Assembly (NCBI GenBank): GCA_964457955.1
Contig: CAYWEY010000001.1
Coordinates: forward strand, 38,277 to 99,978
DNA length: 61,702 bases
Reading direction: 5' to 3'
DNA from: Candidatus Woesearchaeota archaeon
GTDB taxonomy: Archaea; Nanobdellota; Nanobdellia; Tiddalikarchaeales; Tiddalikarchaeaceae
Shown: piece after piece, positions 54,637-61,702 of the stretch
Layout of the letters: the number at the start of each line of letters is the position of its first letter
How positions within the stretch are numbered: position 1 is the first letter of the stretch
Made by a program: the position numbers and the translations under genes
Notes under the pieces: generated by a model
What the model saw: the letters and a program-made list of their open reading frames with translations, nothing else
The model's database searches: none
Told to the model about the DNA's origin: nothing

Positions 54637-55903
54637 ACTTTTCAAAAAAGAATGGGAAATGTTCAGAAAGAACAGGAAACAGATAGCGATAGTCATATTA
54701 CTGCCATTAATATTTTCATTAATATACTCATTCATGTTCTCAGCAGCAAATATTGATTTAAACATATGCTTATGCAATCTTGATAACGGAGAATACGGGA
54801 ATAGTTTAGTTAATAATCTTAAGAACTCGTATAATAATGTAAAAATATTAGAAAGTAATAACAGCAGTGAATGCAAGAATTTAATAAAAGAATCCATACT
54901 TTCTGGTTCAACAATAGGTATTTTAATAGAGAAAGAATTCACTGAAAAAATAAGAGTTTATGAATCACCATCATTAATTATTTACTATGATAATTCCAAA
55001 CCAAGTTTGGGTTTTTTTTCAAGAATATATATCAATAAAGACATAAGCGAACTTAGTAAAACAGTTTTAAGAAATACTGAAACAAAAATAAAGAATAAGA
55101 CAAGAAATATTGAATCAGGATTACAAAGCATTACCCAGATAATGAATATAATGAATTCAACAATACCATCTAATCTAAAAACAAGTTTTAACGTTATGTA
55201 TGAAAACATTAATGAATATAAAGATTCTATGGAGAAAGTTAATAATATAGATCTTGAATTCTTAGTTAATCCTGTTAAGACTCCTCTTATAGGGATTTTT
55301 AAAGGAGAAAATTCCAGAGGATTCAGTTATTCCGTACTATACATTGTTTTAGTCATGTTCATAGTTTTATTACTATCATCAGTTAGTATGGTTTATGACA
55401 AGAAAAATAATTTTTTAGTAAGACTGAAAACAAGCACTACTCCAATAATATATTATTTATTGTCAAAAATATTATTTTACACAGTAATAAACATATTCTT
55501 ATTCATACCTTCTTTCTTGATTTTTGTAGTGAATAACGCATATTTTAATATTAACTGGCCAACATTATTTTTAAGCATAATAATTGTTTCAACAATAACA
55601 ACCCTTATAGGAATAATAATAGGATTGTCCTCAAGAAATGAGTCCTCAAGCATTATGCTTTCAATTTTTGTAGGATTCAGTTACATGCTCTTGTCAGGAC
55701 TTTTTTACCCTGTTGAACTGCTCCCAGAACCAGTTAGTTACATAGTTTATATTCTGCCCACATATTTTGAAATATTATTACTAAATCATGCTCTTGTTTT
55801 TAATACTGCAATAACATCATTAAAATTTATAATATATCCCTTAACAGCGTACTTTATTGCTTTGCTGGCAATAAGTTATTATATGATTATAACAGAAAAT
55901 TAA
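54623..55903 (+). CDS. ABC-2 family permease
   Basis: N-terminal TM, a large extracytoplasmic loop, then 5 C-terminal TM helices. Overlaps the ATPase gene. Confidence 0.75.
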   Translation: MRIIELFKKEWEMFRKNRKQIAIVILLPLIFSLIYSFMFSAANIDLNICLCNLDNGEYGNSLVNNLKNSYNNVKILESNNSSECKNLIKESILSGSTIGILIEKEFTEKIRVYESPSLIIYYDNSKPSLGFFSRIYINKDISELSKTVLRNTETKIKNKTRNIESGLQSITQIMNIMNSTIPSNLKTSFNVMYENINEYKDSMEKVNNIDLEFLVNPVKTPLIGIFKGENSRGFSYSVLYIVLVMFIVLLLSSVSMVYDKKNNFLVRLKTSTTPIIYYLLSKILFYTVINIFLFIPSFLIFVVNNAYFNINWPTLFLSIIIVSTITTLIGIIIGLSSRNESSSIMLSIFVGFSYMLLSGLFYPVELLPEPVSYIVYILPTYFEILLLNHALVFNTAITSLKFIIYPLTAYFIALLAISYYMIITEN

Positions 55904-56220
55904 TAAATCTTATTCCTTAAATCCCTGATTCTTCTTCTCATCTGATTATTAGTCTGCAATAACTGCCTGTACTGATCAAGCAGTAAATTATACTTCTTAA
56001 CTAATTCATTATATTCTTTGATTTTAACATGATTATTCTTCAAATAATTTAATTCCTCTTTCAAAGAACTGAATTTTTTGTTAAAAATCTTCTTCAAACG
56101 ATTATTCTTTCTCCTGAACTTATCATTCTTTTTCCTTAAAAAAAATAATAGTTTATTAAAAAAGTATAAAAATATATTTATGCTTATGAGTGAAATAAGT
56201 AAAAAAGTTATTATATTCAT
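55900..56220 (-). CDS. TM-anchored coiled-coil protein
   Basis: N-terminal helix IITFLLISLISINIFLYFF, then a K/R/N-rich helical region. Confidence 0.45.
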   Translation of the reverse strand: MNIITFLLISLISINIFLYFFNKLLFFLRKKNDKFRRKNNRLKKIFNKKFSSLKEELNYLKNNHVKIKEYNELVKKYNLLLDQYRQLLQTNNQMRRRIRDLRNKIY

Positions 56221-56322
56221 AACTCTTTGTTAAGAAAAATCTTTTTATAAAACTTTATAACTATTAAATAGTATTCAAAAAAAAAGAAGATTTTAATACT
56301 AGTTCTGTTTTTTTATAAGACT

Positions 56323-56661
56323 ATGAAAAAATGCGAAAAATGCGGTTTTGTAATAATTGACAATGAAGAGCCTCTTAAAGTATTGAAAATGCTTCGCAGA
56401 CGGGAGAATGACAAAGAAAAATATCCTATGCTTATTGCTGATTTTTACTGCGAGAACGTAAGTAAAAAAAAATGCAGTCATACCAAGCATGTTAAATGGA
56501 ATAATTTATCCGAAGATATTGAAGTAAATGAATGTCCTGAATGCGGCGGGAAAATACTAGCAAGCGTTTTTTTAGGCATTCTGAAAGGACTTCATATTGA
56601 ATCATACTGTTTTAACTGTTATAATAAAATAAAAAGCGGGAGTGCAGGAAAGATTATTTAG
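56323..56661 (+). CDS. zinc-ribbon protein
   Basis: CEKCG...CPECGG and CFNC Cys pairs. Confidence 0.5.
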   Translation: MKKCEKCGFVIIDNEEPLKVLKMLRRRENDKEKYPMLIADFYCENVSKKKCSHTKHVKWNNLSEDIEVNECPECGGKILASVFLGILKGLHIESYCFNCYNKIKSGSAGKII

Positions 56662-57077
56662 AAATAAAATTGTGTTTCATCTTTTTCTTCAGATTCCTTT
56701 CTTCTTTTCTCACCTTCTTCACTGAATAAGAAAAAAGGTTTTTGTTCAGAACTATCTGTATGTTTTTCTCCCTCTTCCTTTCTCTCCTCATAAGGCATCT
56801 TATATTTTGTATAATCTTTTTTCTTATGCTGATGATTCAATAATTTAACGTGTTTAATATCATGCATTCTAAGAAAATGATTCAACTGGTCTCTCAAGCA
56901 TCTTGCTTCATCAACATCCAGTTTAAAAGCTGACTTAATGCTGCTCTGCTCACCAATTTTCACAACCACAAAACCTTCTTTAGGATATCCTTTAATAATC
57001 TCAGGAGGGTTTCCTTCCAACTCCATAAAAGTTCGATGGTCTTTCCAGAAATGAACTTTTCTGAAGATTCTTGTCAT
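56658..57077 (-). CDS. hypothetical protein with acidic/basic tail
   Basis: ORF only. Confidence 0.45.
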   Translation of the reverse strand: MTRIFRKVHFWKDHRTFMELEGNPPEIIKGYPKEGFVVVKIGEQSSIKSAFKLDVDEARCLRDQLNHFLRMHDIKHVKLLNHQHKKKDYTKYKMPYEERKEEGEKHTDSSEQKPFFLFSEEGEKRRKESEEKDETQFYF

Positions 57078-57113
57078 AGAAATATTTTAGTAAAGAATAT
57101 TTATAAACTTTTT

Positions 57114-59729
57114 TTATTCCCAGTACTGCCTAGTTCTAACAAAAGTACGCTCTGCGCGTATTATTTTCTTTAATAACAATTCTTTTCTGAAATGTATAAT
57201 TCTCCTCGCTGTTCTGGGACCAACTCCATAACCCGCAATTACGAAGCAGGATTTCTTACCATAATTAAGAAATAATTCGGCAGTTTCTTCCATCCACTTT
57301 TTGTCCGGTTCCTGTCCTGGAGAGTAAAAACTTATTAACCCCATTCCGCATCCAGGACACTTATTGTAAGGAATATTCTCAACACTAAAAACTCCTAAAT
57401 CCTTATCACAGTTATTACAGACAAGATGAAACTTCTTGCTCAATAATCTTTTTTCAACTATATCATATATTTCTCCATAAGATTCGGGATTCTTCAAAAT
57501 ATTGGAAAAACTCTTTAAGTTAAGTCCTGAAATACTTATTGGTGAAACTTTATCAGAAACAATAATACTTATTCTTTCATCACTTAATTTTTTAACAACA
57601 CTTTTTGCTCCATCAATATCAAACTTTTCGTTAAAAATTTCATTGAATGTTTCTTCATAAACAAGAGTATCCTCATACTGTTCTGCAGTATAAAAAACTC
57701 TTCTTTTCGAAAACTCTGAATTCCTGCTTATAATACCAAAACGCTGGGCTACGTTAAAAAAACGCATTGTGAATAATGCTGTATTCTTAACACTCAATCT
57801 TAGAATACTAACTAAATTCTCAGGAGTTATTTTCTTCAATTCTTCCAGCACTATTTTATGAGAATAATTCGGAGGTATTGTGAAAATTATTCTATAAGGA
57901 TCAACCATTACTCCAATATTAAAACCTGTTCTTGCACTTATAAGTGATGATAAAGCAGTGCTTAATGCATTGTTGATTCTTGTACCATTACAGGAATGCA
58001 TAATAACCTTATTCTCATAAGACTCGATTAAAATACTGTTTTTGTCAGGAATATGAAAATCTTTACTGAAGTACTCTTCCCTGTTAACACCAACTCTCCA
58101 AGCAACTCTTTTCTCAACAGGAATCATTTCTCCAGTCCATGAAGGAACTGCTGAATCATAATTATGGGTTCGTGTAACATTCACTATATTTTCTTCCACT
58201 TCTAAAATTTTCCATGCTTCTCCCTTAAGAATTATGACACTGCCTGTACTCCCGTATTCAAGTATGAATCCTTCATCCAGCGCACCTATTCTCTTATTGG
58301 ACTGTATGTCATTAACAATATAATACTTCATATCAGGTATTGTTGAAACATTCTTGAAATAGTACTGGAATCCTTTCCATGTTGCTTCCAGTTTGTCATT
58401 TTTTTTCAAGTATCCTAAACTTTTTAAGAAATTTATGAGTTCAGAAAATTTTTCTTTACCAATACTAAAACAATAAGCTTTTTTCATTCTTTCATAAAGT
58501 TCATCAAATGAGATTGGAGAATCCCTACAAAAACCTATTATTTGGTGAGAAATAACATCAAAACTGTTCTTATGAATAACTGGTTTTTCCAGCCATTCCT
58601 CATTAACTAATTGTTTAATACTTAATGATTCAAGATAATCATCAGTGTTAAGACAATAAATCCTTCCTTTTGATTTCTTGAAATAAACATGCCCGCTTCT
58701 ACCAACTCTCTGCACAATCTTATTAACTTGTCTCGGACTCATAAACTGAACAACAAGACTAATGCTTCCGACATCAATACCTAACTCCATTGAACTCGTG
58801 CTTATAAGTGCCTTAATATTTCCTTTACGCAAATCATCCTCCATCTTAATCCTGTGCTTTTTCGAAAGAGATGAGTGATGAACTCCAATCCTTAATTCTG
58901 GATAGATTTTCTTAAAAAGAGATGACAATACTTCTGCATGGTGCCTAGTATTCACAAATATTAATGTTCTTTCATTATTTTCCAAATCCTTCTTAATCCT
59001 TCTTAATACTGATGCTATTTTTGGTGAAAAATAATTTTTTTCCGCAACAACCTTATCCTCTGAGTCAGGTTTAACATTAACTACGTCAAGAACCATTTCT
59101 TTAACTCCCCCAATATTAATAATATCGTATTCTCCACCATTGCATAAGAATTCAGCAACTTCATTAATATCCGAAATAGTTGCACTAATACCTATTGTTG
59201 TAAAATCAGAAAATCTTTTCAGACGCTCAAGGCAAAAATTAAATTGTGTTCCTCTCTTCGAATTAATCAGTTCATGAACTTCGTCAACAATAACATAATC
59301 AAGATTTTTGAGATTTTTCTTCATATTCTCACTTATCAGCATTCCCTGAACAGATTCAGGAGTCGTGATTAGGATGGATGGAGGATTAATAACTTGTTTA
59401 TGCTTCTCATAACTGGTTGTATCCCCATGCCTGACTGAAGTCTTAAGCCCAAAATGCTCAGCAAATTCAAAAACCCTGTTAAAAATATCCCTATTAAGAC
59501 TCTTTGTGGGGGCGATATATAATATTCTAAGTCCTTCCTTTTTCATAATATTCTGGAAAACAGGAATCACTGCAGCCAGTGTTTTTCCATAACCAGTAGG
59601 TGCTGTTATAAGAACATTCTTGTTTTCAAGAATCAATGGGATTGTTCTTTTCTGAACACTTGTTAATTCCCCTATATCGTTCTTTTTCAACCAGTTCTTA
59701 ATTTCCTTATTTATCATAATTTCAATCAA
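57114..59729 (-). CDS. lhr: Lhr-type superfamily-2 DEAD/DExH helicase
   Basis: Motif I APTGYGKT, motif II VIVDEVHEL, motif III SAT, motif VI QRVGRSGH. Long C-terminal Lhr-like region with CNNC...CPGC. Confidence 0.85.
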   Translation of the reverse strand: MIEIMINKEIKNWLKKNDIGELTSVQKRTIPLILENKNVLITAPTGYGKTLAAVIPVFQNIMKKEGLRILYIAPTKSLNRDIFNRVFEFAEHFGLKTSVRHGDTTSYEKHKQVINPPSILITTPESVQGMLISENMKKNLKNLDYVIVDEVHELINSKRGTQFNFCLERLKRFSDFTTIGISATISDINEVAEFLCNGGEYDIINIGGVKEMVLDVVNVKPDSEDKVVAEKNYFSPKIASVLRRIKKDLENNERTLIFVNTRHHAEVLSSLFKKIYPELRIGVHHSSLSKKHRIKMEDDLRKGNIKALISTSSMELGIDVGSISLVVQFMSPRQVNKIVQRVGRSGHVYFKKSKGRIYCLNTDDYLESLSIKQLVNEEWLEKPVIHKNSFDVISHQIIGFCRDSPISFDELYERMKKAYCFSIGKEKFSELINFLKSLGYLKKNDKLEATWKGFQYYFKNVSTIPDMKYYIVNDIQSNKRIGALDEGFILEYGSTGSVIILKGEAWKILEVEENIVNVTRTHNYDSAVPSWTGEMIPVEKRVAWRVGVNREEYFSKDFHIPDKNSILIESYENKVIMHSCNGTRINNALSTALSSLISARTGFNIGVMVDPYRIIFTIPPNYSHKIVLEELKKITPENLVSILRLSVKNTALFTMRFFNVAQRFGIISRNSEFSKRRVFYTAEQYEDTLVYEETFNEIFNEKFDIDGAKSVVKKLSDERISIIVSDKVSPISISGLNLKSFSNILKNPESYGEIYDIVEKRLLSKKFHLVCNNCDKDLGVFSVENIPYNKCPGCGMGLISFYSPGQEPDKKWMEETAELFLNYGKKSCFVIAGYGVGPRTARRIIHFRKELLLKKIIRAERTFVRTRQYWE

Positions 59730-59772
59730 AAAAATTTTTGATTTAAATAATTTTTAGTTAATTATTTATTTA

Positions 59773-60099
59773 ATGCTGATATTAAAAAAAAATATGAACA
59801 TGCTTATTATCTTAATAAGTATAATAACAATAGTAGTGCAAGCAACAGTTTTTATAAGTATGTTGTTAACTTATGACAGTTGGATTCTATTATACAAGAT
59901 GAAATGGTCTGGTTTTTTAAAATCAACAAATATGGCGTTTTTATGCTTCATATTCTTCAGTCTTTTTTATTTATCAGAAGCAATAATTAATAATGAAATA
60001 GTAGGAATTCTTCTTCAGACAACTGCATGCGTTTTTAACATTATTTCTGCAGGAACAGCATTTATTAATATTAAAGAATTGGTGGTTGCGAGTGAATAA
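59773..60099 (+). CDS. small polytopic membrane protein
   Basis: Three hydrophobic helices. Confidence 0.4.
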   Translation: MLILKKNMNMLIILISIITIVVQATVFISMLLTYDSWILLYKMKWSGFLKSTNMAFLCFIFFSLFYLSEAIINNEIVGILLQTTACVFNIISAGTAFINIKELVVASE

Positions 60100-60433
60100 T
60101 ATAATCTCATTAGTTAATAGTTTGTTATTATTAATTGGAAGCATATTATATTTTCTAAAAATAAAAGAAATTATGGAAAAAGGAGGAGTTCTTAAAAAAA
60201 CAATGCTTCCAATATATTTCTTCCTTGGTTCAACACTATTGCTTGTCCCAATTAACTTTTATATATATAACAGTCTTGAAAAAATTCATAAATATACTCA
60301 GTTTATATTAACTCTAACACTATCATTATTAACTGTTTTTGTAATAAAAGGATATATTAAGGTGAAAGAAAAAGATGAAGAAAGTGCTGAAAAAAGTTCT
60401 CAAACGAGTGAAGCCGTCGAAAAAAGAAGTTAA
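60086..60433 (+). CDS. small polytopic membrane protein
   Basis: Three hydrophobic helices and a K/E tail. The 3' end overlaps the cca start. Confidence 0.4.
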   Translation: MRVNNIISLVNSLLLLIGSILYFLKIKEIMEKGGVLKKTMLPIYFFLGSTLLLVPINFYIYNSLEKIHKYTQFILTLTLSLLTVFVIKGYIKVKEKDEESAEKSSQTSEAVEKRS

Positions 60434-61610
60434 AAAAATAAACTCTGTTGTAAAAAAACTTAAAAAAAAGATTAAAGAATCTGTGAAAGAACAGGGTATT
60501 AAAGCAGAAGTAGTAATTGGAGGGAGTGTTTCGAGAAACACTTTCACAAAAGGAAAACATGACCTTGATTTTTTCGTAAGATTCATGAGAGAAGATTCTC
60601 TTAAAAAATACTCCAGAAAAATAATGATGGGTTTAAACGTTGCTTATAACACTATTCATGGAACAAGAGATTATTATAATTTTGAATTCGAAGGATACGA
60701 TGTTGAATTAATACCTACTCTGAAAATTAAAAAACCAGAAAATGCTGAGAATTCAACAGATGTAAGTTATTTCCATATTAATTACTTGAAAAAAAAATAT
60801 GAAAAAACTCCTGAACTGCGTGACAATATTAGAATATTCAAACAATTCTGCAGAGGAGTGGATGTTTATGGAAGCGAAAGTTCAAAACAAGGAATATCAG
60901 GATATGTTGCTGAACTCCTCATAATTCATTACAAGAGTTTTAAGAAATTATTGGAAAAAATGGAGGAAGCGAAACCAAAAATAATTATTGACATAGAGAA
61001 AGATTACAAGAACAAAAACGTTTTAAAAAAAATGAATAAGAGTAAAACAAGAGGCGCTCCTATCGTACTGGTTGATCCTGTTCTCCCTGAAAGAAATGCG
61101 GCTGCAAGCCTCTCATACAACACTTTCTCAAAAATGCTATATAATATAAGACTTTTTATAAGAAAACCCAGCATAAAGTATTTCAATATTCAGCACACAA
61201 CTATTGAAGATATTTATAAAAAAAGCAATAAGAGAGGAACAAGACTTTTTTATTTTGAATTAAGAAATAGCAAGAAATATGATGTTTTTAAAGCAAAATT
61301 ATTGAAAAAATTAAAAAAATTAATCAGAATGCTTAAAAGAGAAGGATGGAGTATTTATAATTATGGAATATTGGATGGGGAGAAAAAAATTTATTTCGAG
61401 CTGGAAACCATCCGGATGTCAAAAAGCAAGCAACACATAGGCCCCATGGTATGGATTGATAGTGAGGATTTTGAAAAATTCTTGAAAAAATGGAAGTATA
61501 ATGTGCTCGGAAAACCATATGTTAAAGATTCTCATCTGGTTGTTGATGTTTTCAGAAAACAAAATATTAAGGAAGAGATTGAATCTTATCTCAAGGATTT
61601 CTTAAAATGA
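60375..61610 (+). CDS. cca: archaeal class-I CCA-adding enzyme (tRNA nucleotidyltransferase)
   Basis: VLKRVKPSKKEVKKI..., IGGSVSRNTFTKGKHDLDFFVRF (GS.arGT.l.g.sDiDiF), ISGYVAELLIIHY. Confidence 0.85.
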   Translation: MKKVLKKVLKRVKPSKKEVKKINSVVKKLKKKIKESVKEQGIKAEVVIGGSVSRNTFTKGKHDLDFFVRFMREDSLKKYSRKIMMGLNVAYNTIHGTRDYYNFEFEGYDVELIPTLKIKKPENAENSTDVSYFHINYLKKKYEKTPELRDNIRIFKQFCRGVDVYGSESSKQGISGYVAELLIIHYKSFKKLLEKMEEAKPKIIIDIEKDYKNKNVLKKMNKSKTRGAPIVLVDPVLPERNAAASLSYNTFSKMLYNIRLFIRKPSIKYFNIQHTTIEDIYKKSNKRGTRLFYFELRNSKKYDVFKAKLLKKLKKLIRMLKREGWSIYNYGILDGEKKIYFELETIRMSKSKQHIGPMVWIDSEDFEKFLKKWKYNVLGKPYVKDSHLVVDVFRKQNIKEEIESYLKDFLK

Positions 61611-61702
61611 AAAGATTAAACAATTATTTCAGAAAAAAATATGCAAAATTTTACGGAAAAAAATTTGTTAAAGAATATGAAAAAAAAATAAATACAGAAT
61701 AT
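61607..61702 (+). CDS. hypothetical protein, 5' end only
   Basis: The ATG overlaps the cca stop (ATGA). The frame is open to the window end (MKRLNNYFRKKYAKFYGKKF...). Confidence 0.3.
   Translation, partial: MKRLNNYFRKKYAKFYGKKFVKEYEKKINTEY

Noticed and set aside
1-61702. CRISPR arrays, rRNA genes, transposases/IS elements, integrases
   Set aside because: I saw no regularly spaced direct repeats, no rRNA-like conserved segments, and no DDE, tyrosine- or serine-recombinase motifs in any ORF.

Overview
Visibly AT-rich, gene-dense archaeal chromosome segment. Archaeal hallmarks: family-B DNA polymerase, class-I CCA-adding enzyme, TrmB regulator, a class-III-signal-peptide pilin-like protein, a histone-fold mini-ORF, A/T-rich TATA-like promoters, and many 1-4 nt start/stop overlaps. 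The many lineage-specific K/E/N/F/Y-rich hypothetical proteins suggest an uncultivated small-genome (DPANN-like) archaeon; that placement is inference. Recognisable content: (i) a MacB/FtsX-type ABC exporter operon with a CARDB-like surface protein; (ii) a group-4 membrane-bound [NiFe] hydrogenase (Mbh/Mrp-like) with Ni-ligand cysteines intact, split into an Mrp-like antiporter module (21.2-25.4 kb, next to hypC) and a hydrogenase module (33.7-36.8 kb); (iii) ThiI-related, ThiF/MoeB-like and desulfurase-like sulfur genes; (iv) housekeeping genes (PolB, NFACT/RqcH homologue, Lhr-type helicase, CCA enzyme, Nudix, HAD, YjbQ, DUF59, ABC-2 transporter). Best candidates for something undescribed: (a) a seven-gene, translationally coupled minus-strand operon (1.36-12.4 kb) with three motif-less giant proteins (1325/843/632 aa) bracketed by membrane proteins; (b) a pair made of an 876-aa two-TM protein and a 518-aa protein with Ras/Rab motifs in non-canonical order, heading the same tight co-directional array as the Mrp-like module; (c) a separate Rab-like protein with all nucleotide-binding motifs degenerate. 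Also noted: a 101-nt identical tract between two diverged FtsX paralogues (gene conversion), three homopolymer-associated frameshifts (GT4 glycosyltransferase, mbhM, COG1373 ATPase), an apparently split ThiI, a desulfurase-like protein lacking the PLP lysine, a candidate C/D-box-like small RNA and an unannotated 55-aa histone-fold ORF. No CRISPR array, rRNA, convincing tRNA or transposase was seen.
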